Part shown: piece after piece, positions 38,978 to 51,928 of the stretch
Layout: the number at the start of each line of letters is the position of its first letter
Position numbering within the stretch: position 1 is the first letter of the stretch
Source of the DNA: Kondoa subrosea
Taxonomy: Eukaryota
Direction of reading: 5' to 3'
DNA length: 64,000 nt
NCBI GenBank assembly: GCA_039545335.1
Contig: BCIN01000004.1
Location: forward strand, 1,292,925-1,356,924
The notes under the pieces: generated by a model
Databases searched by the model: none
What the model was told of the DNA's origin: nothing
Seen by the model: only the letters and a program-made list of their open reading frames with translations
Made by a program: the position numbers and the translations under genes

Positions 38978-40259
38978 ATGCATCTCCCATTCTCCATTTC
39001 ATCTGCTGTCCTAGTAGACTTTCCAGCACCTCATGTATTATGTATGACCCTCAACCGACCGAAAGCCCGAAATGCCATGTCGCCAGAGGTGCTTTTCCAT
39101 CTTCAAGGCAAAGCATGTGATTTTGAATTTATAATATATACTAGATGGATCAAGATCTCAACAAGATCTTGGATTGGTATGAAACTGAACCATCACTCTG
39201 GGTAGCTATTATCACAGGAACAGGCGATAAAGCGTTTTGTGCCGGAGCGGATCTCAAGGTCTGTTACTATTACAAAGTACTTTCTGCTTAATCTGATGAG
39301 TCATGGCAGGCATGGAATGTTTCTCATAAAGGAGGAAATAAAGGACAAGAAGCTTTGGATTGGGCCAATGCAGAAGAACCGAGAGGGTTTGGCGGATTAG
39401 CACTCAGACGGATGAGCAAGCCTATCATAGCTGCTTTGAATGGCTCAGCTTTCGGTAAGTCGCTTCACTGCCTTAAGCGTGCGAGCTAAGCAGTTTTACA
39501 GGCGGTGGAGCTGAAATGACTGTCAATGTTAGCAGCTTTGCCTTAACTCCCATCTCTCGCTCATTGCCATATTCAGTGCGATATAATCGTCATGGCAGAT
39601 ACAGCAGTTATTGGCTTCCCCGAACCCAAGCGTGTGAGTTTGCCTTCACTCTGCCTACAACGCAAAGCATATTGACGCCATTTTACAAAGGGCGTCGTAG
39701 CTATCAGCGGTGGCATAGTTCGACTGATGCGAGCTTGTGGATCGAAACTTGCCGCTGAAGCTTTACTGACTGGACGGAACATTCCAGCAAGGGAGGCCAA
39801 AGATCGATTCAATATAGTCAACTCTGTCGTCCGTGTGTCTCCTCGCGAGTATGTGTTGACCCTTACTGATATTTCCTGGATAAAGCTCAAGATCAAGTGA
39901 TGAAAACTGCTCTAGATTGGGCTAAACAGATCAATGATTGTTCACCTGAGGCAGTTCAATACACTAAAGCTGCTATGAACAACATTACGCTCGATGCGAT
40001 GGGAGATAATGAAGCTGTCAAGGCTGCTGTCAAGTCGGATTACTGTGGCATGCTGTACAATGGATCGAACATGGGCGAAGGATTGGTTAGTTCTCTGTGA
40101 TAGCTATGATTTCACGCTGACAAAGAATGGCCAGGCCGCATTCTCTGAGGTAAAACCTGTCCCTATTTCGATATCTTTGCAGCTGATGGTTCATCGAAAC
40201 AGCGACGTGATCCGAAATGGACTGATCCAAAGCCATTGAACCGAACGTCCAAGCTATAA
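38978..40259 (+). CDS. Enoyl-CoA hydratase/isomerase (crotonase family), peroxisomal (PTS1 SKL)
   Basis: TLNRPKARNAM, ITGTGDKAFCAGADLK, KPIIAALNGSAFGGGAE and FPEPKRG; final exon ends ...RTSKL-TAA. Confidence 0.92.
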
Positions 40260-40561
40260 GCAAAGGAAGGGAGAGTTGTCCAATAGGAAGAAAAGAATGC
40301 AAGTATGCTAGTGTAACGATCTTCTACCGTCTAGTATTGACAAATTATGTACATCACTGTTTCGCATTGATATATTCAACGCTTTCCCTGCTTCTCGGCA
40401 CAATATTAGCTCTCCTGATTTTGGTGTACAATCATTTGAGCATCTGGCTCTTCTCGATCGGCCAATTTTGACTTGTTCTACCATACTTGATCAGCTTCAA
40501 GGATGACCTGATACGAGGGAACCCACGCAATACTCGAAATACGAGTCTCCTCTCCGCTTAC

Positions 40562-41546
40562 TCAAATGAATTCCAATGGATCCTTGTCAACCTCGCTGAC
40601 TACTACTTTATACTCTTCTTTCACTTCACCAGAGTCCGCTCGAGCAGCGTTGATTTCTTTGGCGAGCTTTGGCGCAAAGTGCTTGAGGAAAGGTCTTTCG
40701 GTATTGGAATGATTGCCTGCTTCGCATCAGCACGAACGTTTGGAGTAGGATAGCAGACGAACAAAGGATAACATGAGTGCCTCGAGCTGTTGCTGCGAGC
40801 AACTCATGATGAGAAGCTTCTCCTGTTAGCCATGCATCTGTTCCAACATCACGAAGCATTGAAGCGCCTAGCCTGACTTCAGCTCAAAGGATATCAGTCT
40901 GCTAGAACGACTGACCACTTCCTGCGCATATCGCAATGCTATGTACTTTTCCTTTGTTCGGCGTGCTTGATCGCGCAAGCATGACTGTTTCAGAAGTTGA
41001 GTATAATCCTCGAAGCGCAACACCCAGCTCACCTGTTTTCAGACCCAAATGCTTCTTGACTCTTTGCACCAGCTCATCAATATCTGTATGCTCGTCCAAA
41101 TTCATAATCATTCCTTCTCCAGCATCTTCCTGTCCTTCTACACTACAGTTCAACGACTTCAATCGCTTGGTCTTGCCTTGACCTAGACCGGAAGCTAAGA
41201 AATCGTTGATTCCTCCTACTGCAGCATCCAATGCCGAATGAGGAGAATACACGCTGATGCCCCTCTGAATGCACGACATCAAAGTAGACTGCAGTGCGAT
41301 CTCAGAATTCAACCGTTTGAGTCCACCAAATATCGGAGGATGATAAGACACAATCACGCCTGTATCTGAAGGAGCTGCAGCAAGTACTTCTGCTGTCAAA
41401 TCGATGGTGAGCAAGACTGTTCTTTGATTTGAGGCAGCTGAGAGTGCAGGCGGAGAGAGAAGAGTTCCTGTATTGTCCCATGAAGATGCTAGCGAAAGTG
41501 GTGCTAGACGTTCGAAAGAAGTCTGTACTGCTTTAAGTAGGGCCAT
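40562..41546 (-). CDS. NIF3: NIF3-like (GTP cyclohydrolase 1 type 2 family) protein
   Basis: APLSLASSWDNTGTL, LLTIDLT, YHPPIF, VYSPHSALDA, IAICAGSG, TGEASHHE and HSNTER. Confidence 0.95.
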
Positions 41547-41703
41547 GACTGCTATCTGAGAACCATCAGAAATCTCATAAAATTGCCTTGAGCACCAACA
41601 GCGAGTAGACTATACCCAGAGCCATCGAGAATTGGCTGGAGATTACCCTAGACTATATACCAAAACTCCTTGATTCCCGCTTGTAGCGCTTTCCTTACAT
41701 GCA

Positions 41704-44700
41704 ATGGTCGAAATCTCGAATTATTCTCTGGATCAAATCACGGCTCTAGGCATTGACGAAGGCGACGCTAGACGAGCTCAGGCCAAGTTTCCAAATAGTC
41801 TAGAAGCGGCTATTGATTGGGTCTTTACTGCTGAAGTTGAAGATGACAATGCTATACCAGCTTTGATTTCTGATCCGTCCGCAGTCAGCGGCGCTCCTCC
41901 TTTCTCTTCTACTTTCACTCCTGTTCAAGAGAATCCTCCGGTGCTGGATAGTTGGAAGGATATACCAGGAAATCAAAACGCAGCTCAGCACGCAAGTGGA
42001 TCAGAATGGCAATCTTACAGAGATATACCCGTCGCTGGTGATCAGACGATATCTCCATACTTTGCACTACCTTCAGGTACTCAAGTACCCACCCAACCAA
42101 TGTCTTCAGTGTCAAATACTTTGAGTAATCCAATGGGTCCTGTCAACAGACCAAGGAGTCCGCCGCCTTCTCGTCCCGAACGTATTGTACACGAAGTCCC
42201 AGACGACGATGATGACATGGCGAAAGCTTTAGCTCTGTCCATTCAAGATATGCATCAAGCTTCAAATACAGCTGGATGGTCTGCTGCAAATGGATCATGG
42301 CAGCAGGATCACGATACCGAGATGTTACCTGCGGACAGACCTCCTGCATCCAAATCAGTTGTTCTAAGAGAACCAAGCAAAACCACAGAAGAAGAAGATC
42401 TCGCAAAAGCTATTGAAGCTTCGCTTGCTAATGCACCTCCAACTTACGCTCCACCTGAACAAACATATGAAGACAGCTTAACGCCAATGGATCAGCTTCG
42501 TGCAGCGGAAGAAGGAGCGCCTGTCGTCTTGCGGACTACATCACCTTTCCTCTCTGCACTTTCTGCTTTACTTCAAGCACTTTATGCTAGCGAACCTTTT
42601 CGCGAATCTCTCATCTCTTTACCCCTCACTCAACTCGCAGCAGATGGTGTCTTTGCTTTTTCCTATCAGTCCTATTGGCGAGGGGATGTGGTTTGGCCGA
42701 TACCAGCTGGTACCCTGGAAATACAGCGACAATACCATATCTTGGCTTCTCTTCAACGCTTATTCGTCTTCATGAAGTATACAAAGCGCAAGATCATCAA
42801 TATTCACGATGTAGTCCATGCCTTGGCGATCGATGCGAATACTGATCACATGCGGGAACCTGTACGGTTTTCAAGTGGTTCGTAAACATGTTGCGAAGGA
42901 TTTGATCTTCGCTCACACCCTGTTCTATAGCTTGGCTTGGATTCATCATGGAAGCTTATGAACATGTCATCACTGAAATGCGCGGTGCCAACCCCTCAGA
43001 AGCAGAACAACTACTTTTCCGGCAACGGCGAGCTGCTTGTATACCATCAGGAACTTTGTGGTCGTACGATAAAGAAGAAGAAGATTCTGCTCTCCCTGCT
43101 GCGGAACAAAATGCACCAGCTTTATGCGTCAAACTAGATCCACCAGAAATTAATTCCTTACATACTGCTTTAGCTTCTTCCGTCTTGTACTTTTCTGCCG
43201 AGCAAAAACAGATGATGCTCGTTTCAAGAAAACCGGAAACTTTGGTCGTTTGTCTTGAAAGAAGGCAGCAATGGTCAGAAAAGGATTTAGCTTTGTTTGG
43301 CGAGGGGAAGAATGTTTTTGATATTGAGGAAAGGATTTGGGTAGATCGATATGAAATTGGAAGAAGGAATGAGATTTTAAAAGCGAGAGAGTGGGAGAAA
43401 GAACTGTTGGATCAGAAGAAAGTACTGGAAGAGCGGAAAAAGCTGTTGAGCGTCCATCAGGTTCGTGCCTTGGTAAATCAAGTTGCGAGTGCTCATGGCG
43501 ACGAATTCAATAGGGAAAAGATATGTTTGAAACCATGACTAGTACGATCGAGTATTACGAGAAGATGGCTCGACCCAAAGATGAAGAACACGCCAAGAAA
43601 CAGCAGGCTATGAAGAGCAAGCTTCAACAGATGCTTATGTTTATGACTCAAGAAGTTGATAGTAAGTTGCTATCTTGCCATTCAGTATTGTGTTAAGCTT
43701 ACTGAGAAATCGCTAGAAATGAATCAGCAAATTGCTGAAATTGATAGAGAATTGGACAATCTCTTCTCCGGAGATGAATGGAAGCAATCTCCTCCTTACG
43801 ATCTTACTGCTCTGACCATGCACGATGGACTACCTGGAAAGCAACATGTGTTTGCCTATGTCAAGACCTCGGACGGCAGATGGCATAAAGCTATCGAAAA
43901 TCGACTAGAAGAGGTTCGTTCTTTACTACCAGACTGCTACGCTAAGCTAACGTTCAGTATAGTCCTCTTTCGAAGCACTCTCTTCAGATACTGCTGGCTT
44001 GCACCTACGAGCCGGCGTGTACACTCTTGTTTATACAAAACAAGGCAGTGATACAGATACTAAGTCTGCCGGACCACAAGACCTGTTGGTGAGTGGATTC
44101 CATATCTAAAAGATTCATGTACTGACTGATGCGGGACAGCATGCCGTCAACCAAGATAATCACACCTTTAAGGAACAGTACCCGCCTGATATGACTTCGG
44201 CCTGGAATTTACCCCCTTTGCGCGAGGCTCATGCTTCTGTTGGCGACACAATGCAGATGGATGAGGAGATCATCCAGTTCCCTGAGGTGTCAGAAGAAGA
44301 AACACTTGCTGTCGATATTCATTTGCCTGCACCAGCAGATGAAGCAGAAGCGCAGTCTCTCGAGGCGCAAATGGCCGCAGTCTTGCCGACTAATACTGCT
44401 GCGGCTAATGAACTGCCCAGAGAGACTGTACCGCAACCCACCGCGGGCATCGAAGGCGTTCCAGAGAAGCTTTCCGACCAAAGCACACTTCCTGTCGAAC
44501 CTCAAAAGATGTCAGAGCAAGTCCCTTCGGTCATTGCACGCAATTTACGAGAATCTTCCGGCCCGTTGGCGACCGAAAATGCTTATCGATCGCCTCAAAC
44601 GCAGCCCTCGCCGCCGGAAAAGGCTTTGTCGCCCATGCTTTCAATTGAAGGCGTTCCGTCGCCGACGAATTTAGCAGACAATGCTGCATCTCCGATACCT

Positions 44701-46362
44701 AGCATTTCTCAATCCACACCGGCTGCTCAAGAATCGGAAGACAGCGAAGATGAAATACAATTCACTGGCGAGAATTTGCCTGTTCCATCTATGCGCCTGA
44801 GGGGAGGTGCGCTCACCGACGAAGAGGATGACTCAGATGATAATGATGATGCTTCGTCTTCCTACTCAGCCGTAACGGAAGTTCTCTTGGGACGAGCTTA
44901 TCCAATTGCTCCCGATACGGTCTATGATATTTACGATCTGCAAGGCTTCGTCGGTGGTCGACCTTTATTCATCAACCCGATGTTGCCTTTAGCGAAGGAA
45001 GATGTCATGTGCGAGGTCTGCAATAAAGATGAACCAATGCGTCTTCTATTACAAGTGAGCACTATTCAACGGTCTAGTAAACATGGTTTGATCCTAGCTT
45101 CACCTAAAGCTCTCTGCTGCTCCGATCGATAATGACGATGCCGCCTTCAGACATCTTTACACTTACGCTTGCACTAGCGGGAATTGCTTGAAGCGAGATC
45201 CAACCAAGTCGATCAAAGTCTTTCGCATTCAATTACCTTTAGAAAATCCATACCATCCCTTCGATAAAGATTTGCCAGCCAATGCACAAAGGGTAGAAGA
45301 TGAATTACCTCTATTGAAACAAGCAAACGAGATCTGCGAGGATGCAGGTGAGTGATCGCACTTCTTTTTCATCAGAGCAGCTGATGTCGGAATCAGTGCT
45401 ACGAGCTTGCGCTGTCTGTGGATTGGATGGCGTTAGGCTTTGTTCTGGCTGTAGACGGCAAAACTACTGCTGTAATAGTCATCAGTTGATCGCTTGGAAG
45501 CATCACAAAGCCCAATGTCGGAAAGCGCAAGCTGAAGCAACGACTAAAGCAGCTGCACAAGAAGAAGCTCGTGCACGAGGAGAAGATGTACCTCCGGTAG
45601 AGGACGAAGAGTTTCTCAAATTACCTGATCTACCTGAAGAAGATTTGCTTAAGGCAATGTGGAAACCCAACTACATACGGTCAGAAGATGAACCTGCTTC
45701 CGATGTCCCGTCGAAACGGAAGCAACCTCCCACTGCGGTCGATGGAAGAGCAATCGAAATTAGCGAGGAGGAAGCACCGGATTCTGCTGATACCCAAGAA
45801 CCAGAAACTAAGACTTCCATTGAACCAGTCTTCTTGGAATTCATCCAACGTACACAGAGAGTGAACCAACAAGTGCTGCGGTAAGTTGCAGTTTCCCATA
45901 TCCTGCCAATCACTGCTAAGACGTGTTTCTGAGCAGCTACTACCGGACCACCACTAATGCAGAAGAAGATGAACCTCCTCTTTGGGTTAGCGCAACTGGT
46001 CACATTCCTTCACCTTCAGCGATACCTATTTGCGAAAACTGCAATGCTCCGAGAACTTGCGAAATGCAAATCATGCCTTCCATCATCACCAAACTTGGTG
46101 TTGACGACACCAAAGAGGACAGTTTCGATTTCGGTACGATAGCAATCTACAGTACGTCTTCACAATTGGTTTTCGAAACCTATCGAAATACCATGTTGAT
46201 TACCTTGATTCAGCCTGCAGCTCGAATTGTGTAACGAAACCAAAGTTTACTCGTCGCTCTGCTAAATCCTTAGCGAAGATGTGGGATCCAGAATCTGGGT
46301 GGTCGAAGGAAAGGGTAGTATTTCAAGCAATTTCTGGCGAAGAGAATTTGGCACGAAGATGA
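41704..46362 (+). CDS. Fusion ORF: UBA + 2 UIM + inactive USP (USP25/Ubp2/Rup1-like), linker ending in MRLRGG, then PDCD2/Tsr4-type protein (zf-MYND + PDCD2_C)
   Basis: UBA (ITALGIDEGDARRA...AAIDWVF); UIMs DDMAKALALSIQ and EEDLAKAIEASLA; His box MHDGLPGKQHVFAYV; GVYTLVY. In-frame splice into ORF 44191-45132, then VGGRPLF, CEVC..MRLLLQ, MYND CAVC..CSGC..YCCNSHQ..WKHHKAQC, QVLRY, CENC, EMQIMP and FDFGTIAIYTC. Confidence 0.8.
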
Positions 46363-46478
46363 AGAGGAAAGCGAAGAGTGTATTGCATATATGATTCGAG
46401 ACACGGAACTTGTGAGATGGGTGCTCCTCGAGAGTCTGAGTAACGAGTAAGGAAGTTGACTTGTAACATCCATACTCA

Positions 46479-48857
46479 ATGCCATCTGCACTCGGCAAAG
46501 ATTGGCCTGATTCGACGTTGATGCCCCCGCTTGTGTTCGGGCTTGAGCCAAAGCGCATGCAGACCACCAAGGGCTCGAAAGTGGGCCTTATTCTGCTGCA
46601 TTGACAACATCAGTCTTATGTATTCGGCAGTACTCTATCTTTGCCCCAGGACCCAACGACGTTGCTAAGCTGCTTCGACACCCTCCTTTTGTTGGCCATG
46701 ATTCCCTCTTAGATCTGCCCAATGAACTGTTATCTCGAATTCTTGAAATGGGCCATGCGGAAGCCCTAGAGCACGTCGAATTTGGGATCGAAGGTTTCGG
46801 CGCTAGGTCCAAATTATGCTTGCTCGCTACTGTGCATCCTCGCTTGCGCGATATGGTTCGGCCTATGCTCTATGCGGAAGTCAGTCTGGACGATAAATTA
46901 AAGTATGACCTGTTTGCTCGGACATTGAGAGAATGGGAAGGCGATCGCTTGGATTGTGTCGCCACTTGGTCTCCGTTATCATTCTTGCGTACCTTGGGTC
47001 TGGTAGGTAGAGGGCAAAACAAGGGTAGGTCAGTTAATCCAATACACTCGCAACCGCTGAGCCTGCGCAAGATCCCGAGTACGAAACTCTGCTACGTATA
47101 CTTGAAGGCCATCTCACCCAGCCAATCGTCTTGCGGGTGGATTACATCACAATGTTGTACTTGGAAGGGGAAATCAAGATTGCACGCGCATTTGAAGAAG
47201 CCAGACCAGACGCTGTCAAGAAGTACAGCGATCTCAAAATTAAGGAACTCTCGATAGAGTATGATACTGCTACTTCTGGCGTTCAGCCAGGTAAATCATG
47301 CCTGGCGAAAATCGTCCAGTAATTGACTATTTGCGTTAGGTCACGCACTGCCTCAAGTCGACTGGATCTGCCTAGTAGACATATGCTCAAGGCTCAAGCC
47401 TCTCAAGATCCTCAGATTGTCCTGGTGTTCTTTGGCGGGTGAACCTCCTCGAGACGGAAAGAGGCTACCCCATTGTCCTCAGCTTGAAGAGCTTTACATT
47501 GACCGAAGCTATTGGATTCCTGGAGTTAGTAGAACAATAGGATATTGTATGCCTGGCGTGGGTCGAGCTTTCGACATTTTTGATCCTGCTGATTTATGAT
47601 CAAAGATCCAAAAACTAGAATACGATGGTGGTAAGCTCGAGCACTACCATAAGCTGATCATTGCTGAGCTCTCTTCTGGGCAGTCGGAAACAAAGAGAAA
47701 GGTGTTTTTTCGCGTTGCGCAACTTCTTGACCTCGGATCTGATGAACGTGGTTACAGCGATGTTTGATGGTTCGTACCGTCTTCAGATTGCTCCAAATCG
47801 TTTCTTATCGGCAGGACAGTCCTAGGTAGTCAGTATGAGGTGCCGCAGGACACACAAAGAGCTATCTCAACTGGCAAACCTCTCAAGACACCTAAAGTGA
47901 TTCAATTTGGCTTCGGTCAACAGCTGAGCAGCTTGGCGTAGGCTTTGTATTCAGGCCCGCAACCTGGAACTAAGTTTTGTTGTCAGTATCTTTTGGACTC
48001 GACCAATTTGGAACAATTAGTAAGACTCTTTATCCGAAGACACAGGTGACCTGCTTATCTGTCGTTCGCAGTGTTCACCTGAAGTCTGAACTGATCATCA
48101 CTACGTAAGCAGTTCTCGAGTTCGCGACCTATTGTATCTGAGTGTTCCGAGCAGATTGGTTCACTGCAAGAACTTGACTTCAATAGCCTTGGATCAAGTC
48201 GCGTTTTGGGAAGAAGATAAAGACAAGAAGCACGGATCACTTTCACCTATCTATAGCATCACAACCAATATCCGTGATCTCGAACTCCGGCAGTGCAGCA
48301 ACAAAACACTTATGGACCTATGCAAAGTAGCTCGAAGATTGCATGCACTAAGAAGAATGACTTTGGTTATGCAGCAGGAGGCAAAGTATTACCTTGTCAG
48401 AGAAGAATACGAAATCAACAATGACGATAAACTTAGTGAAGAGCAAAAGAAGGTAGAGAAAGATAGATTACCGAACGATCAGATCAGAACGAAGCAGAAT
48501 GCAAGGCATCAAAACACGCTGGCTGTCGCCATGCATAGCAGAAGTGTGAAGCTGACTATTGATGGGTCACAATACGGGTTAGTTCAGCTCTGTCTTTAAT
48601 TGTCTATGAGCTCACAATATGCTGGCAGATCGAGTGATTGGCCGTTGCTAGTTGGAGCTGACCTTGAAAGTGTTGAAAATGGACTTCGGAATTACGGTTA
48701 CTTTGTGAATGAGGTCGAGATTCCAGGTTATAGATCAAGTACTACATGGTCAGCTCGCGCTAGTCCAGCAAAGAGGTGTGTCATCTTTCGAGCTCTTCAA
48801 CAACAACTGAAGTGCTTGCCAGTGAGATACATTGACTTGACATCTTCACACTATTGA
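46479..48857 (+). CDS. F-box-like protein with LRR-like C-terminal region
   Basis: SLLDLPNELLSRILE...LATVHPRLRDMVRPMLY F-box-like motif; downstream LxxLxL segments (LKILRLSWC, LEELYID, LTSIALD, IRDLELRQC). Exon structure approximate. Confidence 0.6.
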
Positions 48858-48911
48858 AACACTATCTCATTACTGTTACACTAAGTCAAGCTTCTCTTCC
48901 ACAGCTATCTC

Positions 48912-50241
48912 ATTCTTTCTCTCCTGCTTCTTCCAAATCTGTTTCTAGCTGGATTGCTATAGACTTTCGCGGTTGCCGATCTGCTACCCAACTGATCCTG
49001 CCAGGTAAAGTCGGTCTAGCTGCTGGTTGTTCGGACGGCTTCTCCGCAGCGCTTATCTGTACTTTGCTTTCAGCTGGAGCACGGGGCGATTCGCATCAAG
49101 GTCTTACCTGACTTGTGCTCCCACCCGTTGAGGTTTCCTGATTATCGCAGCCCCAGCTGATCCCTACATTATTACCGGTTTGACTACCTTCTTGCGATCT
49201 CGTTTGTCCAGCTGCTTTGAGCGTTACACCTGAAGCTGTGCGATGCTTGCTTTTCCTCTTCGATTGCGATGACAGGCAATACAGGAAACTGAACACATAG
49301 AGACTTGGCAAGAATGGTAGAAGAGCATTGAAGCTATTCCAGGAATATTCTGTCTTCACTGTTGCGCAATACAGCACAGCAGTTGCTGCAGTAACAAGAC
49401 AAGGAAGGAAGGCTGTCTGTAAGCTGAGTCGCATCAAACCGCTCAAGAGTGTGTCGGTTTGGATATTGAAACCGCGCTTGAGCTTAGAGAATCGATAGGT
49501 ACAGATGCTGGTGATGAAGATATCGGCCAAGAGCTGAGCCCAGAGAGTGATCTCGGTTGAGATGAAGATCTGTATCAGCAATGGTCAAGAAGGATGGAAA
49601 AGCACATTCAAGATCTACCTCGGGCATGGTATCTTCGCCTCTAACGTATTTGACTGCTAAACCGGTCGTCCAGCAGGAACTCGCGAAGCTGGTCAGAATG
49701 GCGACTCCTATGATGGCTGCCGTAAGCCAACTCCTGCCCGTTATATTCCAGCATCGTACTGCATCAGCTGTCAGCCCTGGTAGCCCGGATGAGCGAAAAA
49801 ACCCTACAAGCGAAGAAGCTTTGGGTTATCGCGATAGGTACGGCGATCGAAAGAGACGAGATGGCGTCGGCCAAATTGTAGCCGTTCAGTTTCGCTGCGC
49901 TCCTGTCTTGGTCCGTAAGGTATATTGCGAGTTCTGCGAAGTTTACCGCCGTGGTACTAAAATGTTGTAAGCAAAGAGGCAATGGATATAGAACGTCGGC
50001 GCACCCAATATTAGCCAATACCGCACAAATGAGCAGAATTTTGCCAGTCTTGGGGATTGCGATCTGATGGCTTGTGAGCAGATTTACAGCTTGGGTAGAT
50101 GAAGCTCCAGCTAGAATCAATTGTATGGCCCATCCAAAGGCGCATGGATACAGGATGGCATTCGCCTGCTCGCAAACTTAATATTATGCCAAACTTTAAT
50201 AAACACCATGATCTTACTTGATCTTGCGGAAGAATATCCAT
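48912..50241 (-). CDS. DUF6534-like multi-pass (about 7 TM) membrane protein, paralog A
   Basis: IQLILAG; ITQSFFACRVF; LWAQLLADIFIT..TYRFSKLKRGFNIQTDTLLSGLMRLSLQTAFLP; PSLYVFSFLYCL. The 3' end is approximate. Confidence 0.7.
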
Positions 50242-50484
50242 TTTGCAAGATGTCTGCTTGATTGAAGAGCGCGTTGCGATATACCACTCTTCTGCTTCTG
50301 TGGGCTGCTGACTGGCAAAGCGAAAACTAGGTCACAGCCGAAAATGGGCAAAAACAAAACAAATCGCGAATCCGCGAGTCGCGATTTGCAGCCGCTCAAC
50401 ATTCATCACATAATCTTTGCATTAATCACCCTACATCGACCACAATGGCACATTAAATAATTAAATACATTCCCATTCATACTG

Positions 50485-51928
50485 TCATGAATCCCGATGC
50501 TCATCATCATCCTTGATTTCGCTATTCTGCCTTGAATTCGGATGATAGGACAGGAAGTGCGGCCGTAGTTCCATCTGAAGGAGCAATCAGCAAACATTCC
50601 TTTTGGCGTTGAGCAACTCACATGATCCGGCTCTACAGACAATCTCGATTGTATTTGCGACGGCTGCACTTGGGATTGAGAGCGATCTTGAGACAGCATA
50701 GGCATAGGAATGGCAATTGAGGAGTTGCCTCTGCCGCTTGTCACGCCGCCTGAAGATTTCCTTCGATGTTCTTCCTTCTTCGAGCTTTGAATTTGTAAGC
50801 AATAGATGAAGGAAAGCACGTAGAGACTTGGTACGAAAGCTGCAAGTGGTCGTCAGCACAATCTTCCAATTGAGACAATATCGCAAACTGACGCAGAATA
50901 GCAGTGAACATCTGGAATGGAGTCAGCTTGTTCACCTCACAAGGTGGGGTCATAATGACTTACTCGCCAGTAATAGTCCGTTTTATAGGTACATGCAAAT
51001 ATAATCGCACTGTATCGAAGGCGAATAAATGAATGGGGTATCCTGGAAAGTCTAACGATTCGCTTACCTAGCTGCAGCTGCTAGACAAGGCATAGCCGCA
51101 GTACGGAACGAAAGCCTTAGCACTATGAGGCATCTGTCAGTTCCCAAAGACAATTTGTGTCAACAACTGGCTTACAATCATCAAGAAAGTGGTCAATGTC
51201 CTTGTTCCAGCCTTTCTTCATATTGAAGAAGTTCCAAGATGTGATTCCACAAATGATAGTATCCGTCCCCACTTCAATCCAAAGGAACAACTCTAGCGGC
51301 CGTAATAGCTTATCGAGCATCAGTCAGTCGGGAAATGGCTGAGGTTGCTTGAATGTTGCTCACTGATTCGTGTTCCACTTTGTTGAGATGAAACAGTATT
51401 CCCGCAATAGTAGCCCAAACAGAAGCCCCTAACCCAGTAGCGATACCCAGACATAAAGGTACGGCCACAAACCAACTCTTCTTGCTTATCTTCCAACATC
51501 TTAATCCTAAGAAGATTTGTGTGACTGCTGCTACTATTCCTGGACATAGTGGAAGCAAGGCATCGGGTAAGATGAAGGTGTCGATCTCGGTCTTTGAATT
51601 TCTGACGGTGATCCATAAGTACATTTCCGCGATGTTGACTGTTCATTGATTTCCCTCACTTTCAGCTTTCTTTTGTCCGAAAGTGATACAAGTAGAATAG
51701 CCTACCTCCAGCTGATAGGATATTCACTATTACAGCAGCCCATAACAAGCATCTAGCCAACTTGGGTAAAGAAATCTTCTTTGCCCGCAAAACATTCAGA
51801 GCTTGTTGTGTACTAGATCCACAAAGCAGCAGTTGAAAAGATATTCCAATTGCAGTAGGACCCAAGAGCGCTGCTGAGTATTGTTTGGAAGCCATTCGTT
51901 TTGCTACATCTTGTTCGAGTAAGTCCAT
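50485..51928 (-). CDS. DUF6534-like multi-pass membrane protein, paralog B
   Basis: LLGPTAIGISFQLLLCG; VTQIFLGLRCW; LWIEVGTDTIICGITSWNFFNMKKGWNKDID; PSLYVLSFIYCL. Confidence 0.7.
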
